A stretch of DNA of 64,000 bases from Acidobacteriota bacterium (lineage in GTDB: Bacteria; Acidobacteriota; Vicinamibacteria; Vicinamibacterales; 2-12-FULL-66-21). Location of the stretch: NCBI GenBank assembly GCA_046732715.1, contig JBKPNQ010000004.1:4150-68149 (forward strand). Direction: 5' to 3'. A model generated the notes under the pieces. The model was given only the letters and a program-made list of their open reading frames with translations. It was not told the origin of the DNA and made no database searches. Below are positions 1 through 9,992 of this stretch, in pieces. A program made the position numbers and the translations under genes. Positions within the stretch are counted from its first letter, which is position 1. The number at the start of each line of letters is the position of its first letter.

Positions 1-265
1 GGAATCCCTGAAGTTCGACGGTCACCGTGTATCGCCCGGGGTCGAGATCGGAGATGCGATACCCGCCGTCGTTACCGGTCACGGCAACCTTCTGTGCGCC
101 CGTCTGCTTGTTGGTTGCGGTGATTGTCACTCCCGGAACGGGAGCCTGACTCGAGTCGGTCACAATGCCGGCGATGCCGCCGAACCTTTCCTGTGCTGTG
201 GCTGTACCCGCAGCCACGACTGCCAGCAGCATTGCGAGGATGCTGACAGCAAAACGCAATCGCAT
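1..265 (-). CDS. TonB-dependent receptor / carboxypeptidase-regulatory-like domain protein, N-terminal part (runs off window edge)
   Basis: Not in ORF track. Reverse strand from ATG 265 reads MRLRFAVSILAMLLAVVAAGTATAQERFGGIAGIVTDSSQAPVPGVTITATN...YRISDLDPGRYTVTVELQGF; signal peptide, CarboxypepD_reg-like domain, AAGGAG RBS upstream. Confidence 0.85.
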   Translation of the reverse strand, partial: MRLRFAVSILAMLLAVVAAGTATAQERFGGIAGIVTDSSQAPVPGVTITATNKQTGAQKVAVTGNDGGYRISDLDPGRYTVTVELQGF

Positions 266-336
266 GTCGACTACTCCTTGAATGAACCGCACGCTCATCA
301 GTCCATCCTATGGATGGATCGAAGCTCGACACGCGT

Positions 337-365
337 TATGTGACGGGTATGTAACCCTTGGTGAC
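337..365 (-). promoter_or_regulatory. Direct-repeat box GTCAC-N5-GTTAC-N6-GTCAC, candidate OmpR/PhoB-family site
   Basis: Minus strand gtcaccaagggttacatacccgtcacata; three pentamers at 10-11 bp period, about 70-100 bp upstream of the receptor start. Confidence 0.35.
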
Positions 366-407
366 GAGCTGCACGCATTTGGTGGTGAGGCGAGGGACGA
401 AATGCAG

Positions 408-630
408 CTCATCGAATCCCTCATCCCTCATCGCTGATCCCAAATCCCTCATCGTCGAATCCCTGATCCTTCGAATCCTTCATCATTGAATCGCTGAATC
501 GGCTGCGCTGATTCGAAGATTCAAGAATGCGCTGATTCGAAGATTCAAGAATTCGATGATGAGGATTCAGGGATCGGGGATTCAGGGATGAGTGATTCTG
601 GATCAGTGATTAGCGATGAGGGATTCAGAG
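408..630. repeat. Inverted array of degenerate short repeats (GAATCCC.. / ..GGGATTC) with an internal perfect 24-bp tandem duplication
   Basis: Left arm gaatccctcatc-like units, right arm gatgagggattc-like units; tgcgctgattcgaagattcaagaa at 504-527 and 528-551. Confidence 0.85.
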
Positions 631-631
631 T

Positions 632-2677
632 ATGCTGCATTCCAAAATGCAATTGGTTGTTGTTTCCGGCTTGGTGGTGAGTGTGGCCGTGATGGTCGCC
701 GTCGCCGCTCAGCAACAGCCCACGACTCAGCCCACGTTCCGCACCGCCGTCGACGCCGTGCAGGTCGACGTCTCGGTGCTCGACAAGGATCGGAAGCCGA
801 TTCGAGGACTGACGACGAGCGATTTCGCGATCCTTGAAGACGGCAAGCCGCGGCCGATTGTGGCCTTTGTTCCGGTGGACCTTGCCGAGACGGAGAAGAC
901 GACAGCGCCCGCGGCGTGGGTGCGCGACGTGGCGCCCGACATTGTCACGAACGCGGTCAAGCCCGAAGGCCGCCTCGTCGTGATCATGTTCGACTGGTCG
1001 ATCCGATTCGAAGACCAGATACTCGCGAAGAAGATCGCCGCCGCCGCCGTCGATCAACTTGGTCCGAACGATCTCGCCGCCGTGATCTTCACCAGCCAAT
1101 TCGCGAATGGCGGCACGCGGCAGAACTTTACAGCCGACCGCGGTCGCCTGCTCGCCGCGATCAATCAGCCGTTTGCCGTGGCGGCACACAATCCGCCGAA
1201 GGGCAACCCGTTCCACGATCCCCGCAACACGAACGAGGTCATGATCGACGATCCGGAAGGTTACGAGAGCGGCGACTGTTACTGCCGGATCTGCGTGCCC
1301 GAGACGATCGCGCGAGTGGCCGACGCCGTTCGTGATGTGCGCGGGCGGAGAAAGACGCTGTTGTTCATCGGCACCTACGTTCGTCTGTACGAGAGTCTGC
1401 AAGGGCCAACGACGCGACAGGGTCCTGAGTTCCGTCGTCCCGGGGCCAATGGTCTTCCTGTTGTGCATCCCGGTGGGTGCGGTTCTTACTTGAAGGATGC
1501 GCGCGGCAAGATGGATCGAGCGACGTCGCTGGCCAACCTGACCATCCACAGCATCGATCCAGTGGGCATGGAAAACGAAGGCAACAGCCCGATGGGCGGA
1601 TCGATCATCGGCCAGATCGATCGGCGCGACGATCTCGCGGCGCTTGCCGACACCACCGGTGGTCGCGCAGTGATGAACACCAACGCCCCGGAAGCACTCG
1701 TGCCCGCGCTGTTCGCGGAAAGCCACTCGTATTACCTCCTCGCCTTTTTGCCGGCAGACCCGAACGCAAAAGGGAAGTTCCACAAGATTGAGGTGAAGGT
1801 GAACCGCCCCGGCGTGAACGTGCGGACGCGCGCCGGCTACTACACCGGCGAGACGCGCGTGAAAGAGGGTGCGCCGAACCTGTTGAACCCCGAAACGGCC
1901 ACCGCACTCGAAGGGATTCTGCCGCGCGCAGAGGTGCCGCTCGGCGTCGGAGTGGCGCCCTTCGCCATGCGCGGCCGCGAGGAGTCTGCGGTCGCGGTCG
2001 TGCTCGGCGTACGACCGCAGATGGCGGGGGATCGGCCTGGATCGAACCAGGAGGTCAACGTGCTGGCGGCGGCGTTTGACCGCAACGGTCGATCGGTTCA
2101 ATCGGTCGAGCGCACCGTCGCCATCGAGTCACCTTCGAAGGCGACCGGTGACGCTCCCTATGAAGTGCTCTTGCGGATGGCATTGAAGCCGGGCCGATAC
2201 GAGATTCGCGTCGCACTTGATGCGGGATCGGCCGGGCCTGCCAGCGTCTACACCTACGCCGACGTTCCGGACTTCGCGGAGCAGCCGCTGTCGCTGTCTG
2301 GGGTCGTCGTGGCGACGTCACCGGCGCCGCCGTCGGCGCCCCAGGATGCGTTCAAGGATCTGCTGCCGATTGTTCCGACCGCACGGCGCGAGTTCGCCCG
2401 GACCAGCCGAGCCTCGGCATTCGTTCGTGTGTATCAGCGGTTGCGTGACGCGCCTCAGCCAGTCGGCGTAACCGCCCAAATCCGCGACACCGCCGGGCGC
2501 GTACTGATGAAGGATGCGGCGTCGCTCGACGCTGCGCAGTTTGGAGCGAATCGCGCCGCCGACTATCGCATCGCGCTGCCGATCGAACGGCTGACCGCCG
2601 GCGAGTACCTGTTGAGCATCGAGGCAATGCAAAGTCAGCATTCTGCCGGTCGCGCTCTCCGATTTACGGTCCGCTGA
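632..2677 (+). CDS. VWA domain protein (VWFA-related acidobacterial type), secreted
   Basis: Signal peptide; PTFRTAVDAVQVDVSVLDK..PIRGLT..DF..EDGK; LADTTGGRA, YYLL, FHKIEVKVNRPG..VRTRAGY; start may be 647. Confidence 0.9.
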   Translation: MLHSKMQLVVVSGLVVSVAVMVAVAAQQQPTTQPTFRTAVDAVQVDVSVLDKDRKPIRGLTTSDFAILEDGKPRPIVAFVPVDLAETEKTTAPAAWVRDVAPDIVTNAVKPEGRLVVIMFDWSIRFEDQILAKKIAAAAVDQLGPNDLAAVIFTSQFANGGTRQNFTADRGRLLAAINQPFAVAAHNPPKGNPFHDPRNTNEVMIDDPEGYESGDCYCRICVPETIARVADAVRDVRGRRKTLLFIGTYVRLYESLQGPTTRQGPEFRRPGANGLPVVHPGGCGSYLKDARGKMDRATSLANLTIHSIDPVGMENEGNSPMGGSIIGQIDRRDDLAALADTTGGRAVMNTNAPEALVPALFAESHSYYLLAFLPADPNAKGKFHKIEVKVNRPGVNVRTRAGYYTGETRVKEGAPNLLNPETATALEGILPRAEVPLGVGVAPFAMRGREESAVAVVLGVRPQMAGDRPGSNQEVNVLAAAFDRNGRSVQSVERTVAIESPSKATGDAPYEVLLRMALKPGRYEIRVALDAGSAGPASVYTYADVPDFAEQPLSLSGVVVATSPAPPSAPQDAFKDLLPIVPTARREFARTSRASAFVRVYQRLRDAPQPVGVTAQIRDTAGRVLMKDAASLDAAQFGANRAADYRIALPIERLTAGEYLLSIEAMQSQHSAGRALRFTVR

Positions 2678-2682
2678 CCACT

Positions 2683-2727
2683 AAAAGGTGGCTGGCACCT
2701 TTCCCGGAAAGGTGCCAGCCACCTTTT
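2683..2727. repeat. REP-like 22-bp perfect inverted repeat; possible terminator
   Basis: aaaaggtggctggcacctttcc-c-ggaaaggtgccagccacctttt; each arm is itself an imperfect palindrome; directly after the VWA stop. Confidence 0.85.
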
Positions 2728-2800
2728 TCGCGCCTCAAGGCCACTTAAGCTACAATTTCGCAACTGTTTGCGTCGGTTTTGTGACCTGACCGGGAGCGCG

Positions 2801-5800
2801 ATGAAACGACTCGGGATTTGTGTTGGGTTCGTCGGCCTCGGCGCCGCTTTGCTCGCAGCGCACGGGCGCGCGACTCTACGTACCCCTCGAATCGATTCCG
2901 CTCGCTCAGCGAACGTGTCTGGCACCCACGGCACTCCGAGCACCCCTGTCACTCGTTCCACCCAATCCACTCCGGGCACTCCAGGCAGGCGTGCCCCCCT
3001 GGGCACCTTTGCTGCTCCCGACACCTTCAAGAAGTACTGCTTCGAATGTCACGGCGGCGAGAAGCACCGCGGCGACGTCAGCATCGAAAAGCTGATCGAA
3101 CAATCCGCGCGGACCACGATTGGCGACCACTGGGACGAGTGGGACAAGGTTGCCGGGATGCTGGAATCGAAGGAGATGCCGCCCGAGGACAAGGCGGAGA
3201 TCTTCCCGACCGACGCCGAGCGCGCGGCGACCGTCGGATGGATTCGATCGTCGCTGCACAAGTATCAGGCCGAACACGCCGGCGAACCCGGGCGCATCAC
3301 GGTCCGCCGTCTCACCAGCGCCGAATATGCTTACGCGATTCGCGATCTCACCGGCATCGACATCAAGGTCGGCATCGACGGGTCCAGTGACTCGGTCGGC
3401 GGCGAAGGCTTCACCAATTTTGGCGACGTGCAGTTTGTACAGGACACCAGCATCGAGCGATATCTCGAGGCCGCAAAGCAGGTCGCTGATCACGCCATCG
3501 TCGGCGCCGGCCCGCTCGACTTTTTCGTCGACACCGGCAAGACCGGACTGGAACTTTCCGCGCTAGCTCGGATTGACGATCTCTACGCCGCGAAGGGTTT
3601 TCGCGTTGTGTCAGGCGAAGGTGGACGCCCATTTGGCCTCGAGCGGTACGGCAAGGCGCTCTTCGTGGCGTGGTACTACAAGCATCGCGTCGCGCTTGGT
3701 GACCCAACCGCGACCATTCGCGGGCTTGCGGCGAAGGAAGACATCACCGGCCGATTTGCCGAACACATCTGGTCCGTCGTCAACAAACCCAACACCGGAT
3801 ACCCGACGCGGACGACGGTGGATGGCTGGATGAAACTGCCGGCACCCACTGCTGACATCAAAGCGTCGATCGCGAAGGCTCGGGCTGGATGCGACGATCT
3901 TTACAAAGCGCTGACAACGTGGCCGAGCTGGTTCTTTGCGAGGGGCGATCTTGCGGCGGGCGGTGCCGGCGATGAAAGCCCACTGACGTTTGACGACAAG
4001 ACGCTGCAAGCCGAGCCGACGCATCACTATACGTATGCGCTGGGCGCACGCGGCGGACGTCGCGGAGGCCCGCCCGCTGTCGGTCCGACGAAAGTGTTTC
4101 TGACGTTTGCCGACGTCAATCCTGGAACTGGAACCACACCGGTGGTGATCTGGCGGAATCCGCGCGTCGTCACGCGGGCACCCGTCGCGCCTGGACGTGG
4201 AGCGCCAGGCGCAGCCCCGGCTACGGTGGCGACAGGAACGGGCCCTGGCCGCGGTGCCGTTGGTCCCGTCCTCTCGACTCAATCGTTACGCGCAGCGCTT
4301 GCACCGGACGCATCCGCCGCGCTGCGTTTCGGCACGAGCCCGGATGGGTCCTCTGTCGGCGGTGATGACTTCGCGACGACCGGTCCCGTGTCGTTCACCA
4401 TTGATGTTCCGCCGGGCGGCAATGTCCTCGAGTTTCAGGCCGACGCCGAGCTCGGCAAGGATCGAAATGCCGTCGTTCGGGTCACGATCTCCGATCGCGC
4501 CGAAGGTTCGCCGCGCGATGCGGCGCAGCGCGTCATGTTTGGCGATCCGCACAGCGTGGGCTACGAGACGTTCCGCGGACACATCGCTGAGTACGTATCG
4601 CTCCTGCCGCCGAACTCGCATGGCGAGGCCAATCCCGCCGACAAGGACCCGGTTCCGCCTCCGTTCGACGATACCTACAACAGCCCCGAGCACGACGCCT
4701 TCGTGCTGAAGGTGAAGTACCAGCGCAACGACAAGTTCTTTACCGACAACATGGTCGATGGCGCCGATCGCGCGCGGTTGAACCAGGCCTGGACCGATCT
4801 GTTCGGGTCGTGGCCGTACCACGACGCCTATCTCGGCATGCTGGCGGAGCACTACGGGCTCACGTTGAAGAGCAACAAGATCGACGACTTCGGCCCCGCC
4901 GAAATCGCGGCGCTGCCGGCTGACGTCAGGCCGTATGTGAAATCGCTGCGCGCCAATTACGACGAGGTGATTCGTGCTCAGATGCTCGGGCAGCCGCAGC
5001 ATCTGACCGATGCGCTGTCCTTTGCCAGCCGCGCCTGGCGGCGTCCGCTGACCGTGGAGGAGAAAGCAAGCCTTCGCGCGTTCTATCAGAAATCGCGCGC
5101 GGACACTCACCTCGATCACGATGCAGCCATTCGCGCGCTCATCGCCCGCATCCTCGTCTCGCCGCAGTTCCTGTATCGGGTGGAGGCGGTGGGCAGTGGG
5201 CCGGAGCGGCCGCTGAACGGCTGGGAGATGGCGAGCCGCCTCAGCTTCTTCCTGTGGTCGTCGATCCCGGACGATGAACTTCGAAGGGCGGCGGCCGCAG
5301 GGGAGTTGAGCAGGCCCGCGCTTCTGGCGAAGCAGGTCAAACGCATGACCGCCGACCCGAAGGCGCGTCGCCTGGCGACGGAGTTTTTCGGGCAGTGGCT
5401 CGGCTTCTATCATTTCGATGAGTACCGCGGCGTCGACACGACGCGGTTCCCCGAGTTCAAGGACGACGTGAAGCTGGCGATGTACGACGAGGCGATTTCA
5501 ACGTTCGAGTACATTGTCCGGCAACAACGTCCGGTCAAGGAGATCCTCACCGCCGACTACACGTTCCTCAACAAGCCGCTGGCTGCGTTCTACGGGGTGG
5601 CGAAAGACTTGAAGTTGACCGACAAGATCGAGCGGGTCGACGGCGCGAACGCGTTCGAGCGGGGTGGCGCACTGCGGCTTGGGTCGGTTCTGACGACCAC
5701 GTCGGCGCCGCTGCGCACGAGTCCGGTGAAGCGCGGCGACTGGGTGCTTCGGAGGATCCTCGGAACACCGACGCCTCCGCCACCGGCGGACGCGGGGACG

Positions 5801-6313
5801 ATCCCGGCCGATGACAAGACTTTCAACGGCTTGACCGTCCGAGAGCGGCTCGCGCAGCACAAGCGCAATGCCACCTGCGCCAACTGTCACCTCCGTATCG
5901 ATCCGCTCGGCTTCCCGCTCGAGGGATTCGACGCGGTCGGCAGAACGAGAACGACCTACGGCGATGGAAGACCGGTTGACGTCACCGGCGAATTGGCCGA
6001 TGACACGAAGATCGCCGGCACTAAGGGGCTGCTCGACTACCTGCGAAGCAAAGACAAGCAGGTCATGAACACGCTGTCGAAGAAGATGCTTGGGTATGCG
6101 CTCGGGCGAACCGTGAGAGGATCAGACAGGCCGCTCATCGAGACGATGACGGCGCACGGCGGTGATGCGTCGTTTTCCGATCTCGCAACCGCGATCGTGA
6201 ACAGCCGTCAGTTCCGAAACCGCGCCGCGGAGGAGATCGTCACGAGCGTGCCCACGACCGCACGAGCGGCCGGTCACCCGAACGCGGCGCAATCAGGGGC
6301 AGGACACCAATGA
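2801..6313 (+). CDS. Planctomycete-type cytochrome c / PSD (DUF1587-1592-1588-1585-like) protein
   Basis: Signal peptide from ATG 2801; CFECH and CANCH heme motifs; [53 protein letters not shown]. Confidence 0.9.
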   Translation: MKRLGICVGFVGLGAALLAAHGRATLRTPRIDSARSANVSGTHGTPSTPVTRSTQSTPGTPGRRAPLGTFAAPDTFKKYCFECHGGEKHRGDVSIEKLIEQSARTTIGDHWDEWDKVAGMLESKEMPPEDKAEIFPTDAERAATVGWIRSSLHKYQAEHAGEPGRITVRRLTSAEYAYAIRDLTGIDIKVGIDGSSDSVGGEGFTNFGDVQFVQDTSIERYLEAAKQVADHAIVGAGPLDFFVDTGKTGLELSALARIDDLYAAKGFRVVSGEGGRPFGLERYGKALFVAWYYKHRVALGDPTATIRGLAAKEDITGRFAEHIWSVVNKPNTGYPTRTTVDGWMKLPAPTADIKASIAKARAGCDDLYKALTTWPSWFFARGDLAAGGAGDESPLTFDDKTLQAEPTHHYTYALGARGGRRGGPPAVGPTKVFLTFADVNPGTGTTPVVIWRNPRVVTRAPVAPGRGAPGAAPATVATGTGPGRGAVGPVLSTQSLRAALAPDASAALRFGTSPDGSSVGGDDFATTGPVSFTIDVPPGGNVLEFQADAELGKDRNAVVRVTISDRAEGSPRDAAQRVMFGDPHSVGYETFRGHIAEYVSLLPPNSHGEANPADKDPVPPPFDDTYNSPEHDAFVLKVKYQRNDKFFTDNMVDGADRARLNQAWTDLFGSWPYHDAYLGMLAEHYGLTLKSNKIDDFGPAEIAALPADVRPYVKSLRANYDEVIRAQMLGQPQHLTDALSFASRAWRRPLTVEEKASLRAFYQKSRADTHLDHDAAIRALIARILVSPQFLYRVEAVGSGPERPLNGWEMASRLSFFLWSSIPDDELRRAAAAGELSRPALLAKQVKRMTADPKARRLATEFFGQWLGFYHFDEYRGVDTTRFPEFKDDVKLAMYDEAISTFEYIVRQQRPVKEILTADYTFLNKPLAAFYGVAKDLKLTDKIERVDGANAFERGGALRLGSVLTTTSAPLRTSPVKRGDWVLRRILGTPTPPPPADAGTIPADDKTFNGLTVRERLAQHKRNATCANCHLRIDPLGFPLEGFDAVGRTRTTYGDGRPVDVTGELADDTKIAGTKGLLDYLRSKDKQVMNTLSKKMLGYALGRTVRGSDRPLIETMTAHGGDASFSDLATAIVNSRQFRNRAAEEIVTSVPTTARAAGHPNAAQSGAGHQ
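2921..3010 (+). repeat. In-frame 9-nt tandem repeat (about 10 degenerate units, GGCACYCCN)
   Basis: ggcacccac ggcactccg agcacccct gtcactcgt tccacccaa tccactccg ggcactcca ... ggcaccttt, encoding [21 protein letters not shown]. Confidence 0.75.
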
Positions 6314-7683
6314 GCAGTCGACACGAACAAACAGCGACCAAAAGGTGCCAGGCACCCTTGGTGGCGTCGCGACGGCACTTCCTCCGCGGCGTCGGCGTTG
6401 CGCTCGCACTGCCGTGGATGGAGTCCTTGCCCGTATTTGGACAGGCGGCCGACGTCGTGAAGACGAACACGCCGCCGCTGCGGCTCGGAATCGTCTTCTT
6501 CTCCAACGGCGTCGAGCCGATTCACTGGTGGGCCAAGGGCAGCGGCGCCAACATGGAGTTGGGGCCCGCAGCACTGCCGATGATGCCGCACCGCGAGGAC
6601 ATGGTCTTCATCCAGGGGCTCTTCAATCAATCAGCGGCGGTGTCGACGAGTCCGCACCTCGGCCGGATGAACGTGCTCTCCGGTGCCACGGTCAGCCTCG
6701 ATCCGAGCGACATCCGTGTCGGCACCTCGATGGATCAGATCCTGGCGTCGCAGATCGGCGGACATACGGCAGTCCCAAGCCTCGTGCTCGGAATTGAACC
6801 CAACGAGCTCAGGCTCGAGGACGGGCTCTCGATGATTTACGGCTCGAGCCTGTCCTGGGTCTCGCCGACCAAGCCGGCGACGAAAGAGATCTATCCGTCA
6901 CGCGTCTTCGACCGCCTGATCGGCGACGGCACGAGCCGCACGATCGATCGAAGCATCCTGGACGAGGTCCGCCGCGACTCGCAGAGCCTGCGACCAAAAA
7001 TCAGCCGCGGCGACAACGTCAAGCTGACCGAATACTTCGAATCGATCCGCGACATCGAGACGCGCATCGAGAAGGCCTCGAAGGAGGAGCGCATCGAAGG
7101 CTGGCGGCCGACGCTGACGCAGCCGGACATGCCCCGTCCGAAGAACGAGCTGCCGCAGAACGTGCCCGACCACATGAAGCTGATGCTCGACCTGATCGTG
7201 CTCGCCTTCCAGATGGACAAGACGCGTCTCGCGACGGTGATGCTCAACAACGACCTGTCGCAGATGAACTTCAAGTTCCTGGAAGGCGTGCAGGGCGCCC
7301 TGCACCTCGACCTGACGCACAACGGCCACGCGCCCGACAAGGAAGCGATGTACCTGAAGACGAATCAGTTCCACATCGCGCAGTTTGCCTACCTCACGCA
7401 GCGCATGAAGGACATCAAAGAAGGCGAGACATCGCTGCTCGACAATTCGATCCTGATGTGCGCCTCGAGCCTGTTCGACGGCGACGCGCACTCCGCCAAT
7501 CAGCTGCCGATTCTGCTGACCGGCAAGGGCGGCGGCACGCTCAAGGGCGGGCGGATCCTCGACTACCTGAACAAAGGAGACGAAAACCGCAAGGCATGCA
7601 GCCTCCACCTTTCGCTCATGGATCGCATGGGCGTGAAGCTCGATCAGTTCGGCGACGCCACCGCACGACTCGTAGATTTGTGA
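6310..7683 (+). CDS. DUF1552 (HXXSHH) family protein, Tat-exported
   Basis: [20 protein letters not shown]; SMDQILA; SILDEV; [12 protein letters not shown]; LAFQMDKTR; SLLDNS; ATGA overlap with upstream gene. Confidence 0.9.
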   Translation: MSSRHEQTATKRCQAPLVASRRHFLRGVGVALALPWMESLPVFGQAADVVKTNTPPLRLGIVFFSNGVEPIHWWAKGSGANMELGPAALPMMPHREDMVFIQGLFNQSAAVSTSPHLGRMNVLSGATVSLDPSDIRVGTSMDQILASQIGGHTAVPSLVLGIEPNELRLEDGLSMIYGSSLSWVSPTKPATKEIYPSRVFDRLIGDGTSRTIDRSILDEVRRDSQSLRPKISRGDNVKLTEYFESIRDIETRIEKASKEERIEGWRPTLTQPDMPRPKNELPQNVPDHMKLMLDLIVLAFQMDKTRLATVMLNNDLSQMNFKFLEGVQGALHLDLTHNGHAPDKEAMYLKTNQFHIAQFAYLTQRMKDIKEGETSLLDNSILMCASSLFDGDAHSANQLPILLTGKGGGTLKGGRILDYLNKGDENRKACSLHLSLMDRMGVKLDQFGDATARLVDL

Positions 7684-7733
7684 TCGCTCGCCGGCGCGGC
7701 GATTCCCTGTGGCCGCAGAAGAGCGGCGCCTCA

Positions 7734-7964
7734 ATGGCTTACTCGATCATCACACTACGGGGGGCGCTGAAGGATATGGCCGTCGCGAGTACGGCGAAGC
7801 CGTGGGTATGGCAGGCGAACACGGCGGCGGTAAACCCGAAGCTCCAGCAGCAGTTTCCGTACGGTCGCGATTCGATCCGATCGATTCTCGTCATGGACCC
7901 GAAGCTGAAGACCGAGATCCACGGCTTTGACAAATCACGGCTGCGGCCCCCCCAGCGGCCATGA
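7734..7964 (+). CDS. Small hypothetical protein or gene remnant (76 aa)
   Basis: MAYSIITLRGALKDMAVASTAKPWVWQANTAAVNPKLQQQFPYGRDSIRSILVMDPKLKTEIHGFDKSRLRPPQRP; fills the intergenic gap with host-like codon usage. Confidence 0.45.
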   Translation: MAYSIITLRGALKDMAVASTAKPWVWQANTAAVNPKLQQQFPYGRDSIRSILVMDPKLKTEIHGFDKSRLRPPQRP

Positions 7965-7992
7965 GCCCAGTTCAGTTCGACGGATATTCCTC

Positions 7993-9921
7993 ATGCGAGC
8001 AGGCCTTCTGACGGCAACCGCGCTGGCGCTGACCGTCAAGGCGCCCACTCAGGCCCCAGTCAACCCGCAGCTCACGTACCGAACGGGCATCGCGCTGGTG
8101 CAGGTTGACGTGTCGGTCCTCGACAAGGATCGCCGCCCGGTCGCTGGATTGAAGCCGGGCGACTTCATCGTGAAAGAGGACGGCAAGGTCAAGGCGATCG
8201 CCGCGTTCAGCACGGTCACACTTCCCGAGCGTCCCGCGGAGCCCGCCGCAGCGTGGCGAGGCGACGTCGCTCCGGATGTCGTCACCAACCTGACACCCAA
8301 GGAAGGGCGTCTCGTCGTCATCCTGCTCGATCGCTCCATCGCCACCGATCACATCCCCATGGCGCGACGCACCGCCGAAGCCGCGGTCGATCAACTCGGG
8401 CCGAACGACCTGGCCGCCATCATCTTCACCGGGCTCGTTGGTGCGCCGCAGAACTTCACCGCGGATCGGGGTCTCCTTCGCGCCGCCATCAATCAGACGT
8501 TTCTCGGTGATGGGGATCCGAATGACCCATATGACGGTCAAGACCCCACATGCCCCTGCGGCGTGTGCTCGCTCGAGGTGATGACGAATGTGGCGAACGC
8601 GTTGCGAGAGGTTCCGCACCGCCGGAAGATGCTGTTGTTCATCGGCAACAGCGTCGCGGTGAGTGCCACGAGTAACGCGCCGGAGAGGACCACGAGAATT
8701 GACTGTTTCGCCGAGGTGAAAGAAGCACGGGAGTCGCTACTGCGCGCGGCAGGCGCGGCCAATCTGACGATTCACTCGTTCGATTCGGCGCTGCTGCAAA
8801 CCGGGGGATCCACTGCGTCACGAGCGGGTGGAATGCCCGAGGTGACCGACGCGACGGGGCGGTCGAGGAACCTTGTCCGCCAGAACGATCTCGCCTTCTT
8901 CCCGGGCGAGACCGGCGGCCGCGCCATCAAGAACACCAACGCGCCGTGGGAGCCGCTACCCGCGATCTTTGCCGAGACCGAGTCCTATTACGTCCTGGGA
9001 ATCGTGCCGTCGTCGCTGAAGGACGACGGCGCGTTTCACAACATTTCCGTCGAGGTGAATCTTCCTGGAGTCGAAGTTCACCCACGCAAAGGCTACTACG
9101 CACCCGTGCCGCCGGCGACTGCGCCGGCGCCTCTGCCGAACGCCGCACCAGGGTCGCTGACTGCCGCCGTCAAAAGTATGTGGCCGGAGACGCAGATTCC
9201 GATGAGCGTGACGACCGCTGCATTCGCAACGCCTGGCGCGGCCGGGGCGACCGTTGCGGTCATCGCGCGCGCCCAGGAATCAGGCGCGCAGAATCGACCC
9301 GCTCAGGTCAACGTCATGACCGGGGCATACGACCGCAATGGAAAGCCGCTTGCGACCCAGGTCCAGACCATCACGATTCGACCGTCGCCGGCCGGACAGA
9401 AGATTTTCCAGTATGAGGTCTCATCGAGGCTGCAGCTGAAGCCGGGTCGTCACGAGATTCGGGTCGCCGCCGAGGATCCCGAACGTCACCTCGTCGGCAG
9501 CGTTTATACGTACGTCGATGTGCCGGACTTCGCAAAGGAGCCGATCTCGTTGTCCGGCGTCGTGATGGGGAGGCAGTCGTCTGCGGCGGGGAGCGCCTTC
9601 CACGACCTGATCCCCGTATCGCCGACGACGAGGCGACAGTTCGGCACAAGCGATCACATCTCGGCATTCGTGCGCGCGTATCAAGCGGAAAAGGACGATC
9701 CGCTTCCCGTCACGATCACGACTCGCATCGTCGACTCATCGAACCGAACGGTCGTCGAAGCGAAGAAACCACTGGCCGCCGACCGACCCGCGCGGTCGGC
9801 GGACTATGAATTCGACGTTCCCTTGTCTTCGCTCGCCAGCGGACCGTATCTGCTGACAATCGAGGCGACGCGCAAGGCGAATCAGAAGGCCCACCGCGAC
9901 GTCGTGTTCGCCGTTCGGTAG
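7993..9921 (+). CDS. VWA domain protein (VWFA-related), paralog of 632..2677
   Basis: LVQVDVSVLDKDRRPVAGL..DF..EDGK; VDQLGPNDLAAIIFT; ETGGRAIKNTNAP; same layout as first copy. Confidence 0.9.
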   Translation: MRAGLLTATALALTVKAPTQAPVNPQLTYRTGIALVQVDVSVLDKDRRPVAGLKPGDFIVKEDGKVKAIAAFSTVTLPERPAEPAAAWRGDVAPDVVTNLTPKEGRLVVILLDRSIATDHIPMARRTAEAAVDQLGPNDLAAIIFTGLVGAPQNFTADRGLLRAAINQTFLGDGDPNDPYDGQDPTCPCGVCSLEVMTNVANALREVPHRRKMLLFIGNSVAVSATSNAPERTTRIDCFAEVKEARESLLRAAGAANLTIHSFDSALLQTGGSTASRAGGMPEVTDATGRSRNLVRQNDLAFFPGETGGRAIKNTNAPWEPLPAIFAETESYYVLGIVPSSLKDDGAFHNISVEVNLPGVEVHPRKGYYAPVPPATAPAPLPNAAPGSLTAAVKSMWPETQIPMSVTTAAFATPGAAGATVAVIARAQESGAQNRPAQVNVMTGAYDRNGKPLATQVQTITIRPSPAGQKIFQYEVSSRLQLKPGRHEIRVAAEDPERHLVGSVYTYVDVPDFAKEPISLSGVVMGRQSSAAGSAFHDLIPVSPTTRRQFGTSDHISAFVRAYQAEKDDPLPVTITTRIVDSSNRTVVEAKKPLAADRPARSADYEFDVPLSSLASGPYLLTIEATRKANQKAHRDVVFAVR

Positions 9922-9922
9922 T

Positions 9923-9967
9923 AAGGGACAAAGGACAGCGCCGTCTTCCTTGTCCCTTGTCCCTGTC
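9923..9967. repeat. Short inverted heptamer array (AGGGACA / TGTCCCT) between convergent genes; likely terminator
   Basis: aagggacaaaggaca ... cttgtcccttgtccctgtc. Confidence 0.6.
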
Positions 9968-9992
9968 TGCTTTTCTCACCGCCAACCGCGAA

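Noticed and set aside
504-551. 24-bp direct repeat as a CRISPR array
   Set aside because: Only two abutting copies, no spacers, no cas genes
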